Source of the DNA: Trichoplax adhaerens
Taxonomy: Eukaryota > Animalia > Placozoa
NCBI RefSeq assembly: GCF_000150275.1
Contig: NW_002060944.1
Location: 9,675,544 to 9,739,543, forward strand
DNA length: 64,000 nt
Reading direction: 5' to 3'
The notes under the pieces are model-generated. The model was not told where the DNA came from and did no database searches. It worked only from the letters and a program-made list of their open reading frames with translations. Both the position numbers and the translations under genes were made by a program. Numbering within the stretch: the first letter of the stretch is position 1; each line of letters begins with the position of its first letter. Below, in pieces: positions 13,701 to 28,374 of the stretch.

Positions 13701-16700
13701 TTCAACTAGCCTCATTTTACAGAAATTCATCAATTCGCCTTTGTAATTGCTACATAGTAGTAAAATGATTTACAAGTAGTAGCATTTTCCCTTTTTGAAC
13801 AAATACGAATCGTTCTTCAAGACTGGGTATACCCACTACTATGCCTTACTGAAGCATTATTAGGTTATTTTGACGAAGCCCTAAGAAAAACAGGTCTCTT
13901 CTTTCTAAATCTTAGAACATTATCCTACTCTTCCGTGATATTGAACCATTTATAGGATTCCTTCTATCAAGCTAAAAAAGACTATGGCGTAGCTTGTTAA
14001 CATTAATTGCATGCTTGCAAACAATTAGCATTGAGCTTAACAATTCGCGCACTAGAAAGGCTTCATTAAGCTATTAGAGGCGATAAAATAACTTAGTAAT
14101 CTTCATGTCCTATTGGTTCCGATCAATTTATTTTCCTGCTCCAAGAATAAAACAGAATTAATTTATACAATACAAAACGAGATAATTTAAACTATCAATT
14201 CGATCAATTTCATAATTAATTCATGATTAACTTCGTTGAGAGAATTTCAGTTTCTTTTACCGTTTTACAATAAGATGACATTCGATAACTAGTGATGCTA
14301 GTCTACAATATAAGTCAAATTATTTCACAATATTTCATGGTTTATAGTCTGACAAAATAGGTCGTTCATGATATTCTAGTTATTGAGCTTGAATCAATGC
14401 TAATTTCTAGGCGTCTTGAAGCATAATTCAAGGCTGGATAATAAGATTTTGCTCAGTTTTGGTTTGGAGCATTAAAGAATGAGTCATAAAATTTTTCATA
14501 ATTTCTAATGGGTTACAGTCCGCTGAAATAGATTGATATTTTCGTTAGTTGGTTTAGAATCAATTCCAGTTTCTGTGCATCTTTTAGCATGATTCAGGGA
14601 AGATAATAAGAGTTCAATTTTAATTCTTAACCATGAAGTAAAGAGATAAAGGATAGGAATTTGTTCCAACCTCATTCTTGATGCATAAATTAAGGGTTTA
14701 GCAATTAGCTATATTTTTGTTTTATTAGAGCAATTCTGGACTAAAAAATTGAATTTATTACAATTTAATTTATTTGACTATGAAACAAGGCTAGATCATA
14801 GAATCTTAATATATTCTTACTTTATTGATCATAAATCACTGCTAGATCATATAAACCCGTTATATTTTAGTTTTATTGATTACAAATCACGGCTTAATCG
14901 TACTGTACAAATTTGTTATACGTGTTCCTGTATTTTATGAACGTATTAAGGTTTAGATGATAGGGAATTGTTACCGTCTCGTCCTATAATTATATATAAT
15001 TGCAATTCAAGGGTATGTGATTAGAAGAGTTTATTGCATTCTTGTTTTCTAAGCATACATCAAAGATAAGATTATAAAAGTTTGTTATACTCTTGTTTTT
15101 ACGCATAATTTAAGGGTTAGATTATATGAGTTTTGCTCTATTCTTGCTCTGTACAGTAGAAATCAAGGATTAGATTATAGAAGTTTGGTATGTTCTAGTT
15201 TTTTTAGCCGAGGATTAGGCAATAAGTATTTATTCTATTTATGTCTTTGAAGCATAAATTTAAAGTATCGTTATAGGAGTTTGTTCTAATTTTGTTCTAT
15301 AAACACAAATCAAAAGTATTTTTACAGGAGTTTGCTCTGTTTTTGTTTTTGAAACATAAACAAGAGTATCGTTATAGGAATTGTTATACTCTTGTTCTGC
15401 AAACAAACACAAATCAAGAGTTAAATTATAAAAGTTTGTTGTCTTCTTGTTCTATAAACATGAATCAAGAGTTCTGTTATAGAATTTTATCATATTATTG
15501 CTTTAAAAAACTTAAATCAAAAAAGAGATTATATGACTTGCTACGATATAGTCTTCTTCTGGTAAAATAAGTCAAGGTTGGATAATTTGAGCATGAATTC
15601 TGGCTGAAATGTAAGAATTTCATATACTAAAAAACTAGAAGCATGAATTATCAGCTAGTTTATGATAGTTCACATGGTAATTCTTGTTCTTTCAGCAACA
15701 GTCAAAAGTAGTTCATACGCATTTATTACGTAATCTTGAATCCTAGCCAGTATATTCGAGGTTGTTATAATCTTGTTGAATTTTTAAAACCATGAATCAA
15801 TACTGACTTAGTAATTATATAAGACATCAACAGTAGATTTTAACCTCTAGTCCCTTTTATATGACAATTTTATTGTTAATTGACGCATATCATCGCTCTG
15901 GCCAATCGATTTCATTCCGCTGCTTTTGGATATGACTTCGCTAAAACTATTGCAATAATTGAATATCGATAGACAGAATGGATTTTTTTCCTTTCTTGCC
16001 ATGACAAGACGTTGTAATAGATAATGTATTAACCTTGTTAAAAAAAGTAATCACAGTTTTAGGCGATCATCTTTTTAATTTATGGTAATTATGAGCACTT
16101 ATATACTTTCGAGACAATGCTAGCCTTTACTCCCGTCATAGTATGAATTGAAAATAGAAGAAATCTTGTTGCAGTTGCTGTAGTTTTATCTTTTGTCAGA
16201 TGAATCGCATTGCAAGTTTACCGTTATTATTAACTTACTATTTATTTCTTCTATTAAGGTGCAATATAAATAGCTTGTAGATGTTCTATTCAAATCTTTC
16301 GCTATTTCATTTATCTCCTTTTTATTGCAGAACAAAATTGTCGACGTAGATGGTACCAACGTTAAACTACAGGTAAGTGCATTAGTAAAACAAGAATAAT
16401 TGGAGTAAACTTTTTTTAAAGAATTTAAAATTATTATAAAATTTCTTTTATCTATCTTTCTCCTTCATTCTGATTGTCTTGTTAATTCCATCGTCATTTA
16501 TTTTAATCATTACAAGGTAATTATTGTTCACTTATTCAATATAGAGGTTATAGTCCCTTCATGATTATTAATGAACTGTTAATGAAACTCACTTATGCGA
16601 ATCTATTTAAAAATAATCGATAAATGTCCATTTTCTCATGAAAACCATCCGATAGGCGTTGGCATAGATTATTAAGCAATTTAACAAAGATATAGCAGTC

Positions 16701-19700
16701 ATTACTTAGTGTGTTATACAATACTATACATTGTTTCTATTTTTCGTAGAAAGTTGTTGACAATGTAGTATCTGGTCTACAGAAAGACAATATAATTCTT
16801 TACTATCTGCTTAAACTTGCAGTTTCTTCTTCTTGCTGTCGGTCCTGTCGTGTATTACGAATTAATTAAGTTCATCTAGCAGATGTAATCCATCTTCTTA
16901 AGCTTGTAGTTCTTCATTCTGCCAATCTTATCTGCTACTATTAGCTAATTTAGATAGATGCAGTCTTTATTTGATGGTATTTCCTCTTTAAACCTCACAG
17001 AGAAAGAGTAACTCGGACGAAGTCTATAAACTAGCCATAAAATTAGCCTGTTTACAATTAATTTCATCATTGCCTTACGGAAGGTTTACCAATGACGTGT
17101 ATACTTATAGCGTATAACCCGAAAATTTCATTCTATATTTGAAGTAGCCATTTCTATCTGCTTAGGAAGTAACTTTTATGCAATCTCGCATTATTTTCTT
17201 CATCTTATCATGCTTGTTATTTGGCTAATTTACTGTCAATCTAACTATTACTTGATAGAAGCTACAGCCTGATTCTTTAATTATATTGATGGACAGTATT
17301 GGAGTAAATTATTTTTAAGACAATAATCTATTGTAGTTTATGAGCTAATGCCGTCATTACTTGATGAAAAAAAGCTTTAGCAATGCTTTTAGTCTATTTA
17401 GAATGTAAGAATACTTTAGATATAATAATCTATTGCCAGAATTGGCCAATTTAGAATTAATTGAGACAGTAATCTTCCATACTTTTAGCTAGTTTACGGA
17501 TTAATCTCATAATTGGTTGATGAAGAGTATACTATAAAGATACTTCTAGTCCATTTAAAACGTTAGAATACTGTAGATGTAATAATTTTATTACTGGAAT
17601 TGACCAATTTAAAATTATTTGGACAATAACATACCATAACATTAGCTAGTTTATGGCTAATGTCATAATAGATTGATGAAAATTACGCTATAGGGATACT
17701 TTCAGTTTATTTAGAATATAAGAATGCTGTAGACATAACAATTCCTTACTAAAATCGACCATTTATAATTATGCCATGTTATGTAGAACAATTTACTCAG
17801 CGCAATTATAGACTTGTTGTAATTAGATAGTTCAGGATAGATAACATAATAATCAACTGTTGTATATCGATGGAAGCCTATTTGACCATTTACGAAGGAA
17901 AGATTAGAGCAAATTTCCTCCTTCCCCAATTTGTCCAAATTTGAAATGCATTACAAGAGTGTAAACTAAGGGAGGACTTATTCTCATAAATTAATCAGCT
18001 TAATTAGTAAATTAAAGAGAAAAATATTTAAGTAACAAAAGTAATTCATTTAGCTATGTAAAACATTAATACAAAAATCCATCTACCAATAAGCAGCAAC
18101 ACCGATCCAATGGATTGTAAATGAAATAATTTAATTTTAGGATTGTGTTCTAGAATAAGTTCTCTATTAATTTAATGTTAGTAAATTAAAAAGAGACCTG
18201 AAATAAATACTATTACTTTTGCGAATATTTTAACTTAGTAAAATGCAATCAAAGTCAAAATCAAATCGATCTTGTTTAGCCACAGCAATATCCTCCGTAA
18301 TGGTGTTTTTTACTAGATCATTGACTGTTCTAACTTAAACTCAGAGTAAAATAGAAGTTATTACATTTATTTCGATGATAAATTTTAGGAGAATCATTTT
18401 AATGGAATTGGATACAGATTTTCCCATCAATCCTTTACTAACATTACCCTACAAACACTCTCGAATTCAATTATCCATTGCGATAAATGAAATAGAAACT
18501 TAATTTTGTTACTCATTCTACATAATAGAAGTACTCTAATTTATTTAGTGGCAGGCTTTTATTCGGATTACATGGTCTACAACTCTTGTTCACAGGCAGC
18601 ATCTGCCATTATAAATTGAATTATAAATTAAATTAATTAGGACAAGTATGGATTATAAATTTCGACGTGATATCTATATAAGAAACTTTGGAATCTATGA
18701 ATTACTGAGCAGGGTTTTAAATGAAACACCGTAAAAGAGGGCTATAGAAATTTGACGTTGAGTATTATTCTTACCAATCTGATGAAATTAAAAACTAGAT
18801 TAAAGTCATTAAACTCCTATTCAAAGCAAGCAGATCGCTAGGATCATTATATTATTGAATAACACGTATCCCATAACTTTCATATGACTGTCTTACTTGT
18901 ATTTGAGTATGATTGTGATAAAATCACCAAACCAGTTCTAACCTGGTTACTGTCATGATTTATATTAAAATCATTGTAACCCAATAGTTGAAAAATTTCT
19001 TTTAATTCTAGCGTTATATTACTTAAAATTATATATTTTATACTCGTAAACCTCGAAGGTATATATCTTCAGATGCATGATCATTATTGCTCAAAAATAC
19101 TAATTCTGTTTAAACCTGGTAACTGTCGTGATTTATTGGAGATATAGCTTAAAACTAGGATGATTTCAAATCTTAATTATAATCATTTCTACTTTATAAT
19201 AAGATTTGGGATACTGCTGGTCAAGAAAGGTTCCGCAGCGTAACTCACGCTTATTTTCGCGATGCTCATGGTAAGATTGATATCTCTTCCATCTTAAACT
19301 AGTAAATATAATTTTGATCCATCGATGATTTATAATCCCTTTCCATATTAACTATCAAATGCACTAAAGTTTCGGGATCTTGCTATAGATTATGTCTTAT
19401 TCTAAATTTTTACTTCATTTATTAGCACTTTTGCTGCTGTATGATGTAACCAATAAAAAGTCATTTGAAAATGTTCTAGTAAGTCTTCTATAAAATGAAT
19501 CACAATTTTGGAACGCGTGTTGCACCTTTACTTACTTTCATAACTATAAAATAAGGAATACCAGCTTCTATTATTTTATAATTAATGTTATTGTCGATAC
19601 CGTACCTTAAACGAACTGAATGTTAACTGGCGATGACCTATGATGCATCAATATTTCCCTAACCTAAAGCATTAAAACTGATTCTAATGTATTCTAACGA

Positions 19701-20955
19701 GACGTTAAAGTACATCAATTATACTAAAATAGGACTCAGTTTAATGGTCTAATATTAATAACTTGAATGGCTATTTGTAACTAATAAACTTTATACTTGT
19801 TTTGCTAAGTCATGGATAGAAGATATTAATGCTCACGCTGGCAATGATGTCGTTGTTATGCTATTGGGCAATAAGGTACATAAACTAATTTTCTTATTGC
19901 CGTTATATTTGCATAGAACGATAAATCAAAGTTTAAACCAAGTTTTACAGATCTCAAAGTTAACCACATTATAGTTATGGACTCAATTAAATCGAATTCT
20001 ATTAGAAATTGTACATGTCTTATTTTGTAATTACAATATTGATAATCTACTTGGTCTAATTTAGTGTAAACTAATGATACTTTCAATCTTTATAAAATTG
20101 TATTAACTAATTTCTATTACAAAAAGGCTGATTTAACTACTGAAAAAGTTATAAAGACAGAACAAGGCGAAAAATTGGCTAAGGTAATTGTTAATTTCAG
20201 CATCATAAGAAGATTGTTTAAATCTTCTTATGACTTGAGATATCACAGGGTCTTTATCTAATTTTTATAACATAGTACAGAATATGAATTTAAAATTAAT
20301 CTACAAGGATCTCCTATCAGTCACTATGATATATTTCTACATATTTTGGATATAAAAGGAAAACTCATTTGCTATAATCTATTAAACTACAATTTCTGAT
20401 AGAGATATTTGAATCACAATATTATTAATAACGAATAATCTCTGGTTTGTGATTCTAATCAACCAGGATAATAATATTGCTTTCATGGAAACAAGTGCAA
20501 AAACTGGCATGAATATCGACTTGGCATTTCATGCAATTGCAAAGTAAGATATATTTATTTCTATATATTTTATTGTAGATGCAATGCATTTCTAAAATTT
20601 GAATAAAGCTTATGTACAGAGTAGTACTTCAATGCAACCTAAATTGATTCCAAAATGGAAATAACCTTTAGCGAGTTTAACTCTAAAGTGTATGAGTATA
20701 GTTTCATGTATGCTTAGTTTATTCGGTATATTATGATATGACATGATTACTAATGTAATTAATTTCTGTATCGATCTGTATCGCGAATATCATAAATTAT
20801 CCATTATCAGCAATAATGATAACACTATAGTAAGGGATCTTTTCCTTGTTTATAGAAATTTGAAAGAAAAGAAGACACTTAGAAGTAATGGTAGAGATTT
20901 TAATATGAAAGAATATGTTAACAAGGAGAAGAAAAGGAGCGGTTGTTGCTCTTGA
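10703..20955 (+). CDS. RAB26: Rab26/Rab37-family small GTPase, 9 exons, ~208 aa
   Basis: Exons 10703-10756, 11076-11186, 16331-16372, 19204-19270, 19426-19478, 19810-19875, 20127-20183, 20467-20543 and 20856-20955 join in frame through GT-AG sites. Motifs: [24 protein letters not shown] (Rab26/37-like), [26 protein letters not shown] and a C-terminal GCCS prenylation site. RAB26 vs RAB37 cannot be resolved; it is probably a co-ortholog. Confidence 0.9.
14750..15570. repeat. Degenerate ~60-bp tandem array in Rab intron 2
   Basis: AAATCAAG...ATTATAG(G/A)AGTTTGTT...TCTTGTT recurs about once every 60 nt. Confidence 0.75.
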
Positions 20956-21927
20956 AGAAATAGCCTGTAAGCACTTGCGATTATTTCTTATGAAAATTAT
21001 CATATCTCTATCTATATGTATAACTAGAACATATAATTATTTGCTAACATTACAATAAACTTGCTGTCTATAGCTTGTTATCCCATCTATATATTTAGTT
21101 CTATACAAAATGCATCTCAATATTCCTCAATTTTAAGTTTTCAACTTGATATTGTAAAGGTGTTTTAACGTTAAACGAAGGTGATTCATTTATCTTTACC
21201 TTGAATGTGAATGGCATTAGCACAAAGTCAGTTAGATATAGTTCATCAATACATGTGCCAACTATAGTCGATAATATCCTTATTATAAATCTACATGATC
21301 AACTTATTATGGCTAGAAAGGGGTGTTTTAAATAACTTCATTTAAGCTAACCTATTAAGACTGGTAAAATAGTATCTTATTTTCATCATTTACTGTATCA
21401 AATCGTTAGCTGTATTCCTCGGCCACATACAGAAACTGTATGCAAGAAAGCGTTCAATTTTTGTAGCTATTAAATTCTTAATTGTATCGTTTTACCTTTA
21501 GTAATTTACCAGACAAGATAAACGTTGAAATACTTTGCTTTGTCTGCAATTTTAATATGCTTATATTACTAATACGTCAATGAATTTGTCAATATGGACA
21601 AATTGTTTTAATATTAGCTAAGGTATTTGATAGTATTTAATTCTCTATTTATTCAGTAATACATTAATCATTATTATACCATGGTGTAAAATTCATATTT
21701 CCTATTCAATAATTAATATTAAACCAATGATGAGAATTTGTGAAATCTTTGATGTAGACAAATTACTTGAGTAGTTATAGTTGGCATACGCGTAAATTAA
21801 TTATTTAAGTGATTAATATGCATCTAATTGAAAATTAATAAACTGTCTTTGCCTTTAATGATGTTAAACTCATTCATTGCTATACTGCTTTAAAAAAGCC
21901 ACTTTCATAGATAGAACATAAACTTGG

Positions 21928-22342
21928 TGTGAGGTTGATAGATCAAGAATCTTCAAACCTTTAGAAAATTAAGATTTATTGAACAAAAAACTCGTTTACA
22001 AAGTTATAACGTAATCGATCAGCTGAGGACCTCTAACGAGAAAGAACTATTATACTGTACTAAACTACTCGCTTATATACTTTTCCGTGTTAACAATCTT
22101 AGCACCTTACTTACTACGCATTTCTGTATTAGCATCTCAAATACAGGATAGTTTACACCTTTCATGTGAAGCTCTAGTATGAGTACTGTAGCACTCCTCT
22201 TCAAAAGGATACAGTTACTAAGCTAGCTATATTTAATACTTAAGCTTCTAACAGAATATCTATCACACGTTGAACACAATAACTACGGTAGATATTACTA
22301 TATATATCATCAACTTAGAATACAATATTACACTGTCTTACA
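21928..22342 (-). mobile_element. Solo LTR-like element, copy 1 (415 bp)
   Basis: TGTGAG...CTTACA termini and a perfect 5-bp flanking duplication CTTGG (21923-21927 and 22343-22347). On the minus strand a TATATAA (~22075) is followed by AATAAA (~21978). Confidence 0.75.
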
Positions 22343-22546
22343 CTTGGATATTAAAGTTTTAATATTTGTAAAGGTGAAACATTATGGGCACATTTTATTT
22401 AACCTTTGCTATTTATGCCGTAAGAAAGTCTTTGTTGGAAGCTTACATTTAAAGTAACGCGTTTTATTCACGTAATAACTTTTGCTGGAATAATCTCATT
22501 GGATTTTTGTGTTGCTAAGATACAAAGAGCTTATGCAGTATAAACA

Positions 22547-22962
22547 TGTGAGGTTGATACATCAAGAATCTTCAAAACTTTAGAAAATTAAGATTTATTG
22601 AACAAAACCTCCTTTACGAAGATACAACGTAATCGATTAGCTGAGGACCTCTAACGAGAAAGAACTAACTTACTATACTAAACTACTCGCTTATATACCT
22701 TTCCGCGTTTACAGTCTTAGCACCTTACTTACTACACACTTCGGTATTAGCATCTCAAATACAGGCTAGTTTACACCTTTCATGTGAAGCTCTAGTGTGA
22801 GCACTGTAGTGCTCCTCTTCAAAAGGATTACAGCTACTAAGCTAGCTATATTTAATACTTAAGCTTCTAACGAGCATATCTATCACATGTTGAACACAAC
22901 ACCTACGGTAGACATTACTAAATATATCATCAACTTAGAATACAATATTACAGTGTCTTACA
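22547..22962 (-). mobile_element. Solo LTR-like element, copy 2 (416 bp)
   Basis: Near-identical direct repeat of 21928-22342 with the same TGT...ACA termini. The flanks (AAACA / AACCT) are not a perfect TSD. Confidence 0.7.
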
Positions 22963-23680
22963 AACCTATGCTACTTCATACCAATTCTTAGGTCATTTAT
23001 TATATACCTAGCATCTGATACATTGAAGCGGTCCAGCAATGGTGACGCTAAGTTGCTATAAATGTCCTCGTCACAAGAATCTAACTTCGAATCCTGAGTT
23101 TACAGTCAGGGTTTTGAAATACGTTGTCCTCATTAGCTAGTAACTCGCCATATTTAAATTATGTCGGTCAATATTTCTAGTATTTTATCAACATTTTATT
23201 TTATTTTGTAGCCGATTAGTAATGGTATCGACGGGTATCTGTGATGATGGTTCAGTATACTTCTATTTTTCTTGTAAGTGAATTAAATTGCATATTTCTG
23301 TACTTTGCTACATTTTGGTTAATCTAAAAGGATAAATTTAAGCTATCGTTACTAAGAAGTATAATAGACAACTCAACGAGATAAGAATTTAGTCAAGTTG
23401 ATTCGATTGAGATGGATCGAAATATTTTCGTTCTGATGTCAGCAGGATTTATGCCTGTAAAACTTTAAGTTAAATAGTGATTTCAATGCAGTAATATTTT
23501 TCCTTCATAAAAATAATACAATACAATATAGTAAATTTATAGCCTGCTATAAAGATATGGCCACCAATAAATGCATTTAGTGAAAATTCAGCCTTGAATT
23601 ACTCTTATAAATGTAACATAAAATAATATAATAAATATTATGTTTTTGATAAGGTAATGGAGTAATTATGATAGCAAATC

Positions 23681-25800
<2,120 letters not shown>

Positions 25801-26279
25801 AGTTAAATTAAAGCCTGCAAAAGTGAATATTAGCCACGTCTAGAGCAAAATCTTGAACATTAAAATGGAGGCTACAATAGTGGTTCTGGTGACGTCTTCA
25901 GTCATGGTCTGCTACAATGCAAAGTGGCGAAGACCTCGTACTGTAGCCTAAAAGTAAGGATGATTTGATTTTTTGCAATTGATTTGCCATAGGGATTAAC
26001 TGAAGCAATGTAAACTGAATACTGTGTCATATTACCGCTATAATAGTATCGTACATTATTCTAGACGATAACCTCATGATTGCGAGTATTGACTGAATAC
26101 GGTTTTAGTACTGAACCTCTGATACTGTACTCACTGTACACTGTACACTGTAGGCAAGGAAAAGCAGGACAAATCCGCCCGTCTGTAACACCTCTTTCGT
26201 TTCGATGTAACTGTGCTCTAAATCAGAGAGAATGCATCAAACTGCTAGATGGAGTATAATAAAATAATCAAAAATTGGG

Positions 26280-27385
26280 TAGAATAATTGTAGATGAATT
26301 GGAAAATTGGAAGCCACGGACGGAGTGGCTATGTCTTGCAATTTTACTGGGGGATAATTATATCAAGCAGCTAAAAGGAGTATACAGTACTGCATCAAAC
26401 CTTGCGTACCCTCGAAATAAAGATGCTGTAATCATCTCGGAGGTTTTATGCATAGTCGAATAGGATGCTAATTTGCTGTACTCCAGTTTGAGAAAATTCT
26501 GATATCTTTCTATACAGTACTTTCTCAGCTCATTCTTTATCGAATGAACTGGATAGCGATAGCTCAGAAAGTATAGGAAATAGTCTAGTGTACTCGGTCG
26601 TATAATTCTAGTTGAATAGGAAGACTTGAAGCCACGGACGGAGCGGGTATGTCTTGCAATTTTACGCAGGGATAATCTATCAAATTGCTCGATGGAGTAT
26701 ACTGTAGAGTACTGTATCAAATCTTACGTTCCCTCCAAAGGAAGATGTTTCTATCATCTCTCGGTTATATGCATAGTCGCATAGGAAGGATGCTAATTCA
26801 CTGTACAGCAAAGTGAGAGAATTTCGATATTTTTCTATGCAGTACTTTCTCAGCTCATTCTTTATCGAATGAGCTGGATCGAGATAGCTCAGAAAGTGTA
26901 GGAAATCGCAAACCTTACGTACCCTCGAAATAAAGATTGTTGTAATCATCTCTAAGGTTTTATGCATAGTCGAATAGGAAGGATGCTAATTCACTGTACA
27001 GCAAAGTGAGAGAATTTCGATATTTTTCCATGCAGTACTTTCTCAGCTCATTCTTTATCGAATGAGCTGGATCGAGATAGCTCAGAAAGTGTAGGAAATC
27101 GCAAACCTTACGTACCCTCGAAATAAAGATGTTGTAATCATCTCTAAGGTTTTATGCATAGTCGAATAGGAAGGATGCTAATTCACTGTACAGCAAAGTG
27201 AGAGAATTTCGATATTTTTCCATGCAGTACTTTCTCAGCTCATTCTTTATCGAATGAGCTGGATCGAGATAGCTCAGAAAGTGTAGGAAATCGTTTATTT
27301 ATTTAATGTACGCGTACCTTAGAATAATTGTAGGTGAATAAGAAGACTTGAAGCTACGGACAGAGCGGATATGTCCTGCAATTTG
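26280..27385. repeat. Compound tandem repeat (~325-bp unit with ~193-bp amplified subunit) carrying a hairpin
   Basis: CAGCTCATTCTTTATCGAATGA recurs at 26526, 26851, 27044 and 27236. AAGCCACGGACGGAG-like motifs occur at ~26311, ~26630 and ~27351. Confidence 0.9.
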
Positions 27386-27789
27386 GATGACGTAATTTTC
27401 CATTGCATAGTGTTCAGTACAGTGTACTAGTACTAGTCTTCCTGCTCTATGCTACATTATAGGATGTTGTTTCCATATGGACTAGCCGGTAAATCACTAT
27501 GTTTTTATGGCTTACTTGGTCGACTATATCGCGACTGTATGAAAGATTTTGCAAGCCTATTCTGCTTAAAAGCATGCTAGTCAGTGTCTAGTACACGTAT
27601 GCAAGGCTAATATATCTCTATCAAATAAGGCATTGAAGTGAGAAATTTGAAGAAAGTGAAAAGCAGTTTAGCTCGGCTGCACCTTGGAGACCGTTGAGGT
27701 ATCTTCAAACTTGAATAAAAAATCTCCATTGCAAGGTAGATTTGGATAGAAGACCTTTTAAACGACTCTATCGATTGCTTCTTCTCCAT

Positions 27790-28374
27790 ATGACCACTAT
27801 GAGGTTACTCAATCCAAGTAGAATTGTTCTTCTTTCACGTTCTGTTGCTAATTATTGCACTAAAGCTGCCAGCAATCCGAGATGCTTTATGGATATTAGC
27901 ATCGATAATGTCCCTAAGGGGAAAATTCTATTTGAACTGCGTGCCGATGTAACACCTAAAACAGCTGAAAATTTTCGTGCTTTATGTACTGGAGAGAAAG
28001 GATTCGGTTATAAAGGCTCATTCTTTCATAGAATTATTCCTCAATTCATGTGCCAAGGTGGCGATTTTACCAATCATGATGGAACTGGTGGTACATCCAT
28101 TTATGGTAGAACGTTTGATGATGAAGATTTCACTATTGCACATGATAGACCTGGACTCCTTTCTATGGCTAACGCTGGACCCAATACCAACGGATCGCAG
28201 TTCTTTATTACAACGGTTCCTACACCATGGCTAGATGGAAAACATGTTGTCTTTGGTCATGTCGTGGATGGTGTTGATGTGCTTAAAGAGATGGAATCTG
28301 TTGGTAGTAATACTGGCAAGCCAAAAGCTAAAATTGCCATCACTGCGTGTGGCCAGGTTGAGCAAGAAGAATAA
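27790..28374 (+). CDS. PPIF: Cyclophilin-type peptidyl-prolyl isomerase, probably mitochondrial cyclophilin D; intronless
   Basis: [55 protein letters not shown] and [10 protein letters not shown] are present. The N-terminal extension [23 protein letters not shown] is Arg/Ser/Leu-rich with no acidic residues, like a mitochondrial presequence. First ATG is at 27790. Confidence 0.9.
   Translation: MTTMRLLNPSRIVLLSRSVANYCTKAASNPRCFMDISIDNVPKGKILFELRADVTPKTAENFRALCTGEKGFGYKGSFFHRIIPQFMCQGGDFTNHDGTGGTSIYGRTFDDEDFTIAHDRPGLLSMANAGPNTNGSQFFITTVPTPWLDGKHVVFGHVVDGVDVLKEMESVGSNTGKPKAKIAITACGQVEQEE

Noticed and set aside
21928-22962. Single TRIM element formed by the two LTRs
   Set aside because: There is no TSD around the pair, copy 1 has its own TSD, and the spacer shows no convincing PBS or PPT.
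26358-26967. ORFs of 120, 95 and 62 aa in the tandem array; hammerhead ribozyme idea
   Set aside because: The ORFs are by-products of the repeat, and I found no CTGANGA...GAAA core.
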